Assembly (NCBI GenBank): GCA_035603035.1
Contig: DATNLE010000379.1
Span: 11,172 to 75,171, forward strand
DNA length: 64,000 bases
Direction of reading: 5' to 3'
From: Candidatus Acidiferrales bacterium
Lineage (GTDB): Bacteria > Acidobacteriota > Terriglobia > Terriglobales > Acidobacteriaceae
The notes under the pieces were generated by a model. That model was not told the DNA's origin, did no database searches, and saw only the letters and a list, made by a program, of their open reading frames with translations. Below, in pieces: positions 42,920-52,608 of the stretch; within the stretch, counting starts at the first letter, position 1; each line of letters opens with the position of its first letter. A program made the translations under genes and the position numbers.

Positions 42920-45901
42920 ATGAACGTTAGGAAGTGTTCGGTTTTCGGGTTTGCCTTCTCAGTGCTGCAGTTCTGCGCCCTGCTCGTCTACGGCCAGACG
43001 CCGGCCGGTAACTTGCATGGGCAAGTCAGCGATCCCTCGGGCGCCGCAATTCCGAACGCCAAGGTTGTACTTACGCCATCCGCCGCCGGATCGACGCCTA
43101 TCCCAACGCAGGCGAACGGACAAGGGCAATATGAATTCAAAGGGCTGGCTCCCGGGCAATACACGTTGAACGTGGTTGCCCCGGGATTTTCAGTTTACGA
43201 AAACGATAACGTGGTTGTACCCGCGAATCAGGCCTTGCTCCTGAATGTTCCGATGGGAATTGAAGTCGAGCAGCAGAAGATTCAGGTGGAAGATACGGCT
43301 CCTACCCTCGACGTGAATCCCTCGAACAACGCTGGTTCGCTCACGATCTCGGGCAAGGAACTGGAAGCATTACCGGATGATCCCGACGAACTGCTCACCG
43401 ACTTGCAGGCACTCGCTGGACCATCCGCCGGGCCCAACGGCGGCCAGCTTTACATTGACGGCTTCACCGCCGGGCAGCTGCCTCCCAAAGAATCGATTCG
43501 TGAAATTCGCATCAACCAAAATCCGTTCTCGGCCGAGTTTGACAAAATCGGTTACGGCCGCATCGAAGTGTTCACCAAACCCGGCAGTGATAAGTTTCAC
43601 GGGCAGTTTCAGGTGAATGGAAACGACTCGGCTTTCAACTCCCCGAATCCGTTCGGAGGCGCCAATCAGCCCGGTTATGATTCCACTCAGTTCAGCGGCA
43701 ATATCGGTGGACCGATTAACAAGAAGGCTTCATTCTTCTTCGACTTCCAGCGGCGCAATATTAACGATCTCTCTGCCGTCAACGCTATTACGCTTGATCC
43801 CACTACTTTCGCTGAGACTCCTCTCATCGAGGCGGTGCCTTTTCCCAGGCATCGAACCAACCTTACCCCTCGTATTGACTATGCGCCCACCAAGAACAAC
43901 ACCTTGACCATACGCTATCAGTACTACCGCGATACCGAGGAGAACGAGGGCGTCGGTCAATTCACTTTGCCCTCTCAGGGATACAATGCCGACTCTACCG
44001 AGCACACGTTACAAATCAGCGATACGCAAGTAATTGGTTCAAAGATCATCAATGAAATTCGATTTCAGTACCTGCGCGAGCTTGACAATCAGTTTGCCGT
44101 GAATTCCCAGCCTACTCTCAACGTTTTGGGATCGTTCGACGGCGGCGGCAACAATCAGGGCGACATCCTCGACCACCAGGACCACTACGAGCTGCAGAAC
44201 TACACTTCGATCCTTCACGGAAATCATACGGTCAAGTTTGGAGCGCGGCTGCGCGGCATTCGAGACGCCAACAGTCAAACCTCCGGATTCAACGGCGAAT
44301 TTACGTTCTCGTCACTGCTGCCAACATCGCAAGAGCAGGCTTGCGTACCCGCCCCGGGGCAAGCGCCCTGTCCAATCTCCTATGCAACCGCGCTTCAAAA
44401 TGCAGGAAACGCTACCACGCCGATCGCAACCCAGCTCACCTACACGCTGGGCAAGCCGCCTCTGGTGGTGGGAAATTTCGATGCTGGTCTCTATTATCAG
44501 GACGATTGGAAAGTGCGTCCTAACATTACTTTGAGTTACGGCCTGCGCTTCGAAAGTCAGACCGGTATTCAGGACCATACGGACTGGGCGCCTCGTCTGG
44601 GTTTTGCCTGGGGCGTCGGAGGCAAAAGTGCTCCGCCCAAGGTTATTCTCCGCGGAGGCTTCGGCGTTTTTTACGATCGCTTTCAGGAGGGACAGATTCT
44701 GCAGGCCGATCGTTTGAACGGCATTACGCAGGAACAGTTCGTGATTGATAATCCTCAGTGCCCATCGCTCACCGATTTTTCGGCGTGCACTGGCGCGGCC
44801 ATACCGGTCACTCCGACCATTTACCAGATCAGTCCGCGTCTGCATGCGCCTTACACCATGCAAACCGCAATCAGCGTCGAGCGGCAGCTCACGAAAATCT
44901 CAACTCTAAACCTGACCTACCTGAACTCTCGCGGCTTCGACCAGTTGCTCACCATCAATGCCGACGCTCCTTTCCCCGGAACTCCGTGCAGCCCGGCGTG
45001 CGCACCGCGCAGCCAAAATCTTTATCAATACGCTTCGGAGGCCGTTTTTCGGCAGAATCAATTGATCGCCAATACCAACTGGCGCATTGGGTCGAAGGTT
45101 CAGCTTTTCGGGTACTACATTCTGAACTACGCAAACAGCGACACTTCTGGCGTCTCCAGTTTTCCCTCGAACTCCTACAACATCAGCGCGGATTACGGCC
45201 GCGGTTCCTTTGACATTCGTAATCGGTTATTTGTCGTCGGATCCTTCGCTTTACCTTACAACTTCCGTCTGAGCCCTTTCATCGTGGCCAACTCCGGTAC
45301 TCCCTTCAATATCACCACCAGCAATGATCTGAATAACGATTCGATCTTCAACGATCGTCCGGGTTTGGTCTCGACGGCTACCTGCCCGTCCGTCGTGACG
45401 CCCACTGCGCCATCCACGACGTATTGCACACCGCTTGGAACCTTCAACGCGGCGCCTACGGCCGGAGAAAAAATCGCCCCTATCAATTTCGGCACCAGTC
45501 CGGCGCACGCTACAGTGAATCTGCGCCTCACCAAGACATTTGGCTTCGGCCCTAAGATCACCCGTCCCAGTGGCAATCCAGGAGGAGGTCCGGGAGGGGG
45601 TGGCGGCGGCGGAGGTGGGGGTGGAGGTGGCGGATCTCGCGGTGGCGGCGGCGGTGGTCCTCGCGGTCCTCTGTTTGGTGGCGGCCCGGGAGGACTGTCC
45701 GCAGGCGGCTCCGATCGACGCTACAGTGTCAGCTTCGGCGTCTCAGCACGTAACGTCCTTAACAAGGTCAACCTCGGAAATCCGAGCGGCATTTTAGGTT
45801 CACGGTTTTTTGACACGCCAAACAGCCTCCCGCAAAACGGCCCCTTCTCGAATGGTTCCGCCAACCGCCGCATCGATTTGATAGCCACTTTCAACTTCTG
45901 A
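42920..45901 (+). CDS. TonB-dependent receptor-like outer-membrane protein with carboxypeptidase-regulatory-like domain and C-terminal poly-Gly insert
   Basis: It has a signal peptide and a CarboxypepD_reg-like segment (GQVSDPSGAAIPNAKVVL...GQGQYEFKGLAPGQYTLNVVAPGF). A plug-like EALPDDPDELLTDLQALAG follows, and the protein ends in the aromatic ATFNF. Confidence 0.8.
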   Translation: MNVRKCSVFGFAFSVLQFCALLVYGQTPAGNLHGQVSDPSGAAIPNAKVVLTPSAAGSTPIPTQANGQGQYEFKGLAPGQYTLNVVAPGFSVYENDNVVVPANQALLLNVPMGIEVEQQKIQVEDTAPTLDVNPSNNAGSLTISGKELEALPDDPDELLTDLQALAGPSAGPNGGQLYIDGFTAGQLPPKESIREIRINQNPFSAEFDKIGYGRIEVFTKPGSDKFHGQFQVNGNDSAFNSPNPFGGANQPGYDSTQFSGNIGGPINKKASFFFDFQRRNINDLSAVNAITLDPTTFAETPLIEAVPFPRHRTNLTPRIDYAPTKNNTLTIRYQYYRDTEENEGVGQFTLPSQGYNADSTEHTLQISDTQVIGSKIINEIRFQYLRELDNQFAVNSQPTLNVLGSFDGGGNNQGDILDHQDHYELQNYTSILHGNHTVKFGARLRGIRDANSQTSGFNGEFTFSSLLPTSQEQACVPAPGQAPCPISYATALQNAGNATTPIATQLTYTLGKPPLVVGNFDAGLYYQDDWKVRPNITLSYGLRFESQTGIQDHTDWAPRLGFAWGVGGKSAPPKVILRGGFGVFYDRFQEGQILQADRLNGITQEQFVIDNPQCPSLTDFSACTGAAIPVTPTIYQISPRLHAPYTMQTAISVERQLTKISTLNLTYLNSRGFDQLLTINADAPFPGTPCSPACAPRSQNLYQYASEAVFRQNQLIANTNWRIGSKVQLFGYYILNYANSDTSGVSSFPSNSYNISADYGRGSFDIRNRLFVVGSFALPYNFRLSPFIVANSGTPFNITTSNDLNNDSIFNDRPGLVSTATCPSVVTPTAPSTTYCTPLGTFNAAPTAGEKIAPINFGTSPAHATVNLRLTKTFGFGPKITRPSGNPGGGPGGGGGGGGGGGGGGSRGGGGGGPRGPLFGGGPGGLSAGGSDRRYSVSFGVSARNVLNKVNLGNPSGILGSRFFDTPNSLPQNGPFSNGSANRRIDLIATFNF
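45578..45710 (+). repeat. GGN-rich low-complexity tract encoding a Gly-rich segment inside the receptor CDS
   Basis: The DNA reads ggaggaggtccgggagggggtggcggcggcggaggtgggggtggaggtggcgga... It encodes GGGPGGGGGGGGGGGGGGSRGGGGGGPRGPLFGGGPGGLSAGGS. Confidence 0.9.
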
Positions 45902-45986
45902 AAAACTGGGGCGATACATTCACTATTGCAGTCCGTTTGGAAACATCTATCGGACGTGCCGATACGAGGAATAGCGTCATCGAGTT

Positions 45987-46925
45987 ATGCTAGGGCTTGA
46001 AGTTGGCGTCTACTTCAAGCAGCAAGCTATCCAAGTCCGCAAAATCTGTTTACTCATCCCTCACATCACAAGACGGCGTTTTATTTTCAGCACCGCGGCT
46101 GCGGGTGCGGTAGCGATTGCCGGCGATTCAGTGTTGCTGGAACCGAACCGTCCGCACATTGTGCGGCGGGATTTTTCCCTGGCACGCTGGCCTGAGCGGT
46201 TGAATGGCTTCACGATTGCACTGCTTAGCGATTTTCATTACGATCCCTTTTTTTCGGTTCACCCGTTGCATGCGGCTATTCCTCTGGTGAGTGGCCTCCG
46301 CCCCGATCTGATCGTGCTGACCGGAGATTTCGTTTCGGTACCAGAGATCGGAGACAATGCCAAGGCGGCGCGTGCCGCCGAACCATGTGCTCAGGTCCTT
46401 CGCCAGATGAGTGCTCCCCACGGATTGTGGGCGATCCTGGGAAATCACGATTGCGGGACCGATCCGGAACAGGTGACCCGCGCACTCCGGGCCGAGGGCA
46501 TCCATGTGCTGAACAACAAGTCAGCGGCCATCGAGCACGATGGCGCTCGGTTCTGGCTCGGCGGTGTGGATGACGTGATCAGCGGAACCCCTGACCTTGC
46601 CGAAACTTTGCGCAGCGTTCCCGCCAGCGAAGTCGTAATCCTGCTTGCCCACGAGCCCGATTTCGCCGATGAAGCCTCGAAGTTCGCCATAGACCTGCAG
46701 CTTTCCGGGCATTCGCCCGGAGGCCAGATCAGAATCCCGTTGATTCCGCCACTCTACTTGCCTGAACTGGCAAGAAAATATGTGATGGGAACTTATCAGG
46801 TCGGTCCGCTCCCGCTTTACACTAATGCCGGTCTTGGCACCATAGGGCTGCCGGTTCGATTGAATTGCCCGCCCGAGATTACCCTGATAACACTCCGGTC
46901 TTCGATCTCTTCCACGAAGGCATAA
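45987..46925 (+). CDS. Tat-signal metallophosphoesterase (YaeI-like)
   Basis: It has a twin-arginine ITRRRFIFSTAAAGAVAIAG. MPE motifs SDFHYD, TGDFVS, GNHD and LAHEP are present, but the last motif reads GHSPGGQ instead of the usual GHTHGGQ. Confidence 0.75.
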   Translation: MLGLEVGVYFKQQAIQVRKICLLIPHITRRRFIFSTAAAGAVAIAGDSVLLEPNRPHIVRRDFSLARWPERLNGFTIALLSDFHYDPFFSVHPLHAAIPLVSGLRPDLIVLTGDFVSVPEIGDNAKAARAAEPCAQVLRQMSAPHGLWAILGNHDCGTDPEQVTRALRAEGIHVLNNKSAAIEHDGARFWLGGVDDVISGTPDLAETLRSVPASEVVILLAHEPDFADEASKFAIDLQLSGHSPGGQIRIPLIPPLYLPELARKYVMGTYQVGPLPLYTNAGLGTIGLPVRLNCPPEITLITLRSSISSTKA

Positions 46926-46947
46926 GATCGCAGGGACCAGCGCGAGC

Positions 46948-47829
46948 TTATGCAGCTTCGCTCTTTACCTGCACTCCCGCCCACTTCTCCAGCAAAGTGA
47001 TGGTGGCGGCATAGTCCAGGTCGCGGTGACCGTCTTCCGTGGCCATTTCGTAAATCTCTTCCACGGTTTCAAGAGCGGGCAGCTTCACACGGGCTTCTTT
47101 GGCGGCTTCGAGGGTGAGGAGAATGTCCTTGTGCATCAGGCGGAGAGGGAAATTTGGAGTAAAGTCGCGCTGCAGGATGAAAGGAGCCTTGTAATCGACT
47201 ACTCCGGAGCGAACCATCGTGGCTTCGATCAGCGACAGCAGTTGCTTGGGGTCCACGCCGAGTTTCGTGGCCAGGGTAAGCGCCTCGGCAAAGCCCTCGA
47301 AGATCAGAGCAATCTGCAGGTTCATGGCGAGCTTGGTGGCCTGGCCTTTGCCGGTTTCACCCATGCGGAAAATTTTCTTACCCATGGCCGCGAACAGGGG
47401 ATTAAGCCGATCGATGTTTGCCGCATCGCCTCCGACCATAAAAATCAGGGTGCCATTGGCAGCGCCGATTTTCGATCCCGTCATGGGAGCGTCAACATAG
47501 GCGACGCCCCTACTGCGAACCCGCTCGGCAAATCGTACAGTCGCGGAAGGAGAGATGGTGCTTGAATCGGCAATAATCATGCCATCGGCGAGTGATTGAT
47601 CGATGCCGTCTGCGCCAAACAATATTTGTTCGACGGCAGCGGTATCAGAAACGCAGAGCCAAATGACTTCGGCACCTTGGGACGCCGCCGCCGGTGTGGG
47701 TGCGATGCCCGCGCCTTCCACCAGTTTGCCGGGCGTGCGATTCCAGACCGTAACTTCATGGCCGGCCTTGACCAGATTCGTGGCCATGGCATGCCCCATA
47801 ATTCCCAGACCCAAGAAACCGACGCGCAT
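46948..47829 (-). CDS. NAD(P)-dependent beta-hydroxyacid dehydrogenase (3-hydroxyisobutyrate dehydrogenase family)
   Basis: The Rossmann N-terminus MRVGFLGLGIMGHAMATNLVKAGHEVTVWNRT and the DAPMTGS motif are present. Confidence 0.85.
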   Translation of the reverse strand: MRVGFLGLGIMGHAMATNLVKAGHEVTVWNRTPGKLVEGAGIAPTPAAASQGAEVIWLCVSDTAAVEQILFGADGIDQSLADGMIIADSSTISPSATVRFAERVRSRGVAYVDAPMTGSKIGAANGTLIFMVGGDAANIDRLNPLFAAMGKKIFRMGETGKGQATKLAMNLQIALIFEGFAEALTLATKLGVDPKQLLSLIEATMVRSGVVDYKAPFILQRDFTPNFPLRLMHKDILLTLEAAKEARVKLPALETVEEIYEMATEDGHRDLDYAATITLLEKWAGVQVKSEAA

Positions 47830-48073
47830 CGGAACTTCTCCTGATCGAACGAGAACGCTTTTGGATTAGATATGAGCGGCAGGATCGAGGTCAAGCAAAC
47901 TAAGCGTGTTCTCGTGGGAGCTAGTCATCTGAAGCCGGCTCTTGTAAACTGCGGCTGCGAGAATCGAAAGCGTTAAGTGCGAAATTGCCGGAATTACAGG
48001 CCGTTCTCTTCCACATGAATTAAAATAGAACTGGCGACTTACAGCTTTCGTCCAATACGCAGGCCAGTTCAGG

Positions 48074-48970
48074 ATGATCAAGGCAACGCTTCGCAATCCG
48101 GCCCTCCGCAAGCGTGCATCCCAGTTCGGTCGACTGGTGCGCAATTCCGCCGTGACTCCGCTGTGCGGCGAGATGCACAAACCGCGTCTTGTCTCCAACG
48201 GGGAACTGGGAGTCACTTTCATTGGCCATTCCAGCTTTCTGGTGCAGATCGGCGGGCAAAGCGTGATGATCGATCCCAACTTCGCGCGCTGGTTGTTTGT
48301 GCTGAAGCGGTTGCGGCGTCCTGGGGTTCGGGTGCGCGATCTGCCGGCTATCGACCTTGTGCTGGTAACGCATGCCCACTTCGACCATCTGCACCGGCCC
48401 TCGTTGCGCGCGATTGTGCAAAACAATTTGCGTATGCGCGGAACCGCCCCAGCCGTCGTGATCCCGAGCCATGTGACCGACCTGGTCTCCGACTTGGGCT
48501 TCGCTGAGATCATAGAGTTGGACTGGTGGAACACGTCGCGGCGCGGAAATTTGTCGGTGACGCATGTCCCCTCCCGGCACTGGGGAGCGCGGATTCTAAG
48601 GGATTCGCATCGTGGCTACGGGGGCTATGTGCTGCGGGCAGGCAAGCATTCGGTCTATCACGCGGGGGACACCGCTTATTTTGCGGGCTTTGGCGAGATC
48701 GGGCGGCGCTTGTCGCCTGAATTGGCCCTGCTTCCAATCGGCGCCTACAACCCACCAACCTTCCGCAACGTCCATACCAATCCCGCCGACGCCACGCATG
48801 CCTTCCTAGACTTAAAATCGCGGTGGATGGTTCCCATGCACTACGGCACCTTCCGGCTATCGCACGAGCCAGTCGAAGAACCTCTGCAACTGCTGGAGAA
48901 GGAAGCGCGCGCGGCGGGAATTGAGGACCGGGTAGTGGTGCTCGAAGAAGGCATCACCAGATTCTTCTGA
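48074..48970 (+). CDS. MBL-fold metallo-hydrolase
   Basis: LVLVTHAHFDHL (HxHxDH) is present, along with later conserved His and Asp residues (HAGDTAYF). Confidence 0.8.
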   Translation: MIKATLRNPALRKRASQFGRLVRNSAVTPLCGEMHKPRLVSNGELGVTFIGHSSFLVQIGGQSVMIDPNFARWLFVLKRLRRPGVRVRDLPAIDLVLVTHAHFDHLHRPSLRAIVQNNLRMRGTAPAVVIPSHVTDLVSDLGFAEIIELDWWNTSRRGNLSVTHVPSRHWGARILRDSHRGYGGYVLRAGKHSVYHAGDTAYFAGFGEIGRRLSPELALLPIGAYNPPTFRNVHTNPADATHAFLDLKSRWMVPMHYGTFRLSHEPVEEPLQLLEKEARAAGIEDRVVVLEEGITRFF

Positions 48971-49087
48971 GTGACTCCGTGGATGTCAATAGTCGCTGCC
49001 AAACGAACGCCGTAACATTCCGTTCACAAATTATTTCCACATTTGGTGTAAGCTCTGGGGCACGAAATTTCTCCCCAGGAGGCGAAC

Positions 49088-49564
49088 ATGACGGTGAAAG
49101 CCATACCCGAGGGTTACCACACCTTGACGCCATATATGACTGTCCGCGACGCCGCTCGCGCCATTGATTTTTACAAGCCGGCATTTGGGGCTGTGGAAAG
49201 AGGCGTGATGAAAGGGCCTGATGGCAAGATCATGCATGCAGAGTTGCGCATTGGCGATTCGATCGTCATGCTGGCCGACGAATTTCATCACTTCGGATCT
49301 CTTTCTCCCCAGTCCATTGGCGGCACAGGGATGGGGCTCCACATTTATGTAGAGGACGTGGACTCGGCCTTCGAGCGAGCGATTGGGGCCGGCGCAACTG
49401 TTGAAATGCCCGTTTCTGACATGTTCTGGGGCGACCGCTACGGCAAGCTGCTGGATCCATTTGGCCACAAGTGGTCCATCGCGACCCACACGCGCGATAT
49501 GTCCATGGAAGAAATCGAAGAAGCGCAGGAAGAATTCATGAAGCAGATGCCGAAGAGCGCCTGA
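49088..49564 (+). CDS. VOC (glyoxalase/bleomycin-resistance) family protein, PhnB-like
   Basis: LTPYMTVRDAARAIDFYKPAFGAVE ... IMHAELRIGDSIVMLADE ... FWGDRYGKLLDPFGHKWSI is present. Confidence 0.8.
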   Translation: MTVKAIPEGYHTLTPYMTVRDAARAIDFYKPAFGAVERGVMKGPDGKIMHAELRIGDSIVMLADEFHHFGSLSPQSIGGTGMGLHIYVEDVDSAFERAIGAGATVEMPVSDMFWGDRYGKLLDPFGHKWSIATHTRDMSMEEIEEAQEEFMKQMPKSA

Positions 49565-49736
49565 AGGTTACGAATTCCGCCGGGTTCGTCGAGGGGTGCG
49601 GCTGCGGTCGCGCCCTGCTTCTTGGTACTTCCGTAATGTCCCTCCGTGCCGCTATTACACAACTATTACAGTGATGAGCCGCCAGCCTTGATAAGTTAGA
49701 TATGTACGCTATCGAACTTACGACACGGGGACCGCC

Positions 49737-50657
49737 TTGGACATGCAACTGGAAAGCCTGGAAAAGCGACAAGCCGCAAGAAATGAAATCAACTGGGTGA
49801 CTGCGATTTTTATGACGGCCTTTCACGTAGGCGCCATCGCTGCACTTTTCTTTTTCACATGGAAGGCACTGTTCGTTGCCATGTTCCTGTGGTGGGTGTC
49901 GGGCAGCCTGGGCATCGGCATGAGCTATCATCGCCTGCTCACCCACCGGGGCTACAAGACTCCGAAGTGGGTGGAGTATTTTCTGACGGTCTGCGCCACG
50001 CTGGCGCTTGAGGGTGGACCGATTTTCTGGGTGGCGACGCACCGCATTCATCATCAGTATTCCGATGAGGATGGCGATCCGCATTCGCCCATCGACGGCA
50101 AATGGTGGGCGCACATGGGCTGGATTTTGATGGGCAAGTCGATGCACCATGACACGACGACGCTCGCCCGCTATGTCCCCGACCTGGCCAAGGATAAGTT
50201 TCACGTCTGGATCACGAAGTATCATTACGTCCCCATGATTGTGCTCGGGGTGATCCTTCTTGCCATCGGCGGAGTTCCATTTCTAATGTGGGGCATTTTC
50301 ATGCGGACAGTGGTTGGCCTGCACGCCACCTGGCTGGTCAATTCGGCTACACACTCCTGGGGCACTCGCCGTTTCGCCACGCGCGATCTCTCCACCAACA
50401 GCTGGTGGGTGGCTTTACTAACGTTTGGGGAAGGCTGGCACAACAATCACCACGCGCATCCGACGGCCGCGCAGCACGGCTTTACCTGGTATGAAATTGA
50501 CATGAACTGGTATGGCATCTGGGCGCTGAAAACACTGGGTTTGGCCTGGGACGTCAAGCGCGTCAAGATGGCTGACCTGGAGAACGGGTTAGTCGCTGCC
50601 CCCAACGGACGATTGGTCAGTGCGGCTCTGGCGGAGGGCGCGGCAGCGGGCGACTAG
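49737..50657 (+). CDS. Membrane acyl-CoA/acyl-lipid Delta9-type fatty-acid desaturase
   Basis: Three His boxes are present ([25 protein letters not shown]), separated by hydrophobic segments. The likely ATG is at 49743. Confidence 0.85.
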   Translation: MDMQLESLEKRQAARNEINWVTAIFMTAFHVGAIAALFFFTWKALFVAMFLWWVSGSLGIGMSYHRLLTHRGYKTPKWVEYFLTVCATLALEGGPIFWVATHRIHHQYSDEDGDPHSPIDGKWWAHMGWILMGKSMHHDTTTLARYVPDLAKDKFHVWITKYHYVPMIVLGVILLAIGGVPFLMWGIFMRTVVGLHATWLVNSATHSWGTRRFATRDLSTNSWWVALLTFGEGWHNNHHAHPTAAQHGFTWYEIDMNWYGIWALKTLGLAWDVKRVKMADLENGLVAAPNGRLVSAALAEGAAAGD

Positions 50658-50686
50658 AGCACCTTGTTTTCTCGTAAGCATCTAAG

Positions 50687-50713
50687 CCCCGACTGATTGC
50701 AGTCGGGGTTTTT
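50687..50713 (+). terminator. Rho-independent terminator after the desaturase gene
   Basis: CCCCGACTG-attg-CAGTCGGGG forms a perfect 9-bp stem (50687-50695 with 50700-50708), followed by TTTTT (50709-50713). Confidence 0.85.
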
Positions 50714-50851
50714 GCTGTCTGAAGACAGAGCCTAAACTAAACATAGAGGACACAGAGGCACGTCTTCGAAGGGTTACCCGTGCAAGCTCTGTAACCTCTC
50801 TGTTGAAGAATCTGATATTCGCTTCAAACGCTGTAAAATCAGCGTGACGCC

Positions 50852-51760
50852 ATGCGCATCACCAGCCGACGCGGAACCATCGTCTTGTTTCTCTGCCTGG
50901 GCATCGGTCTGGTTGCACTCGCCGTTGCGCTCAACGTTGGATGGATCATCCTCAACTGGCGCGAAGGCGTGCTGCTGTTTTTCGGCATTATCTTTTTCGC
51001 CCTGATTATCGCGGGCATGATCGTGAATACAACGTTCTTGTTGCGCGAGATTCGCCGCAGCGAGCAACATGACAGCTTCATCAATGCGGTAACCCACGAG
51101 CTGAAAACGCCGGTCGCTTCCATCCGTTTACATTTGGAAACTCTCCAGCGCCGCGAACTGCCGGAAGCCCAAAAGCAGGAGTTTTACCGCCTCATGCTGA
51201 GCGATACCGATCGCCTGACGGCGACTGTGGAACAGGTGCTGCGCGCCGGCCGGGCCGGGGACAAGAAAACCGGCCGGGAAAAATCGGTTGTCGACTTCCG
51301 GCAGCTGGTGCACGAATGTATGGAGGCAGCCCGGGTGCGACACCATCTGCCGCCGGAAGCTTTGCACTACGAGGAAGCATCGAGCAATGGCGCTGGGATG
51401 CGCGTGTCGGGCAGCGCTGAAGACCTCCGCACTGCGGTGTTCAATGTTCTCGATAATGCGATCAAGTATTCCGGCGAGCGCGTCGATGTGCGGGTGCGGC
51501 TGAATATGCCCGACGAGAAACGCCTGGTTCTCAGCGTGCAGGACCAGGGCGTTGGCATTCCTTCCGACGATTTGAAAAGCATCTTCAAGCGCTTTTATCG
51601 GGTTAGCCACCGCTCGCTGGCGCATGTGAAAGGAACGGGGCTGGGATTGTTCATCGTGAAGGCGATTGCGCAGAAGCACGGCGGCAAGGTGTTTGCCGCG
51701 AGCGCTGGAGAAGGCGAGGGCGCCACCATCACGATGGAACTGCCGAGGTCGAACCCATGA
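50852..51760 (+). CDS. Intramembrane-sensing histidine kinase (2 TM, no extracytoplasmic or HAMP domain)
   Basis: TM1 IVLFLCLGIGLVALAVALNVGWIIL, a 5-aa loop (NWREG), then TM2 VLLFFGIIFFALIIAGMIV. The H-box FINAVTHELKTP follows directly. N box LDNAIKYS, G1 DQGVGI and G2 GTGLGL are present. Confidence 0.85.
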   Translation: MRITSRRGTIVLFLCLGIGLVALAVALNVGWIILNWREGVLLFFGIIFFALIIAGMIVNTTFLLREIRRSEQHDSFINAVTHELKTPVASIRLHLETLQRRELPEAQKQEFYRLMLSDTDRLTATVEQVLRAGRAGDKKTGREKSVVDFRQLVHECMEAARVRHHLPPEALHYEEASSNGAGMRVSGSAEDLRTAVFNVLDNAIKYSGERVDVRVRLNMPDEKRLVLSVQDQGVGIPSDDLKSIFKRFYRVSHRSLAHVKGTGLGLFIVKAIAQKHGGKVFAASAGEGEGATITMELPRSNP

Positions 51761-52521
51761 GCCGGGTTCTGGTGGTGGAAGATGAAGCGCATCTGGCGCA
51801 GGGGCTCTGTTTCAATCTGCAGGCCGAGGGATATTCAGCGGAAGTTGTGGGAGATGGCGAGTCGGCCACGGAGCGCCTACTCGATAAAAAAGAAAACTTC
51901 GATGCCATCGTGCTCGATATTATGTTGCCCGGCAAGGATGGGTTCAGCGTGGTCGCGGAGCTGCGGGCGGCGCGAAATTATGTGCCGGTGCTCATGCTGA
52001 CCGCCCGCAGCCGCCCCGAGGACGTGTTGAAGGGATTCGCGGCGGGAGCGGACGACTATCTGCCCAAGCCTTTCGACTTGTCGATTCTGCTGGCGCGATT
52101 GCAGGGGCTGCTGCGGCGGAGTCAGTGGGTGCGGGCTGGGCGGTCGGAGGGCGGCGCTCCTGATTCCTCTCAGCGCACTTCCGATCGAGATGGCGTCGGC
52201 GACTTCGGAACATTTTCATTCGACGGTAAGACCATCGATTTTGGCGCGCTTGAACTGCGGACCGCCGATAATGTGATTCATCTGACGCTGATGGAATCGG
52301 AACTGCTTCGTCACTTGGTTCGCAACGATGGGCGTGTGGTTTCGCGGAAACAGATTCTCGAAGAAGTCTGGGGCCTGCACGAAGACACCGACACCCGCGC
52401 CATCGATAACTTCATGGTGCGTCTGCGGCGATACATTGAAGACGATCCCGCCGAGCCGCGGCACTTGCTGACGGTGCGCGGAGTGGGATATCGGTTTCTG
52501 GCGAGTCCGGAGAAGAAGTAA
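51757..52521 (+). CDS. OmpR-family response regulator with extended interdomain linker
   Basis: The receiver has VLVVEDE ... IVLDIMLPGKDG ... DDYLPKPF. A ~40-aa Gly/Ser/Arg-rich linker precedes the winged helix ending LTVRGVGYRF. The start overlaps the kinase stop (ATGA). Confidence 0.9.
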   Translation: MSRVLVVEDEAHLAQGLCFNLQAEGYSAEVVGDGESATERLLDKKENFDAIVLDIMLPGKDGFSVVAELRAARNYVPVLMLTARSRPEDVLKGFAAGADDYLPKPFDLSILLARLQGLLRRSQWVRAGRSEGGAPDSSQRTSDRDGVGDFGTFSFDGKTIDFGALELRTADNVIHLTLMESELLRHLVRNDGRVVSRKQILEEVWGLHEDTDTRAIDNFMVRLRRYIEDDPAEPRHLLTVRGVGYRFLASPEKK

Positions 52522-52608
52522 GGGCTGTGCGATAACGCAAGTCAGTCGGAACAAACCCCTTCCGCCCTGATAGGTAGCGGCGGAAGGGCTCTGCGGTCAG
52601 CAAATCAT

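Noticed and set aside
45578-45710. Repetitive GGN tract considered as a CRISPR or other non-coding repeat array
   Set aside because: There is no repeat-spacer periodicity. The tract is in frame within the receptor CDS and encodes poly-Gly.
52567-52598. 10-bp inverted repeat CCCTTCCGCC/GGCGGAAGGG between the convergent regulator and lipocalin-like genes
   Set aside because: It may be a terminator, but the loop is 12 nt and there is no U-tract on either strand. That is too weak to call.
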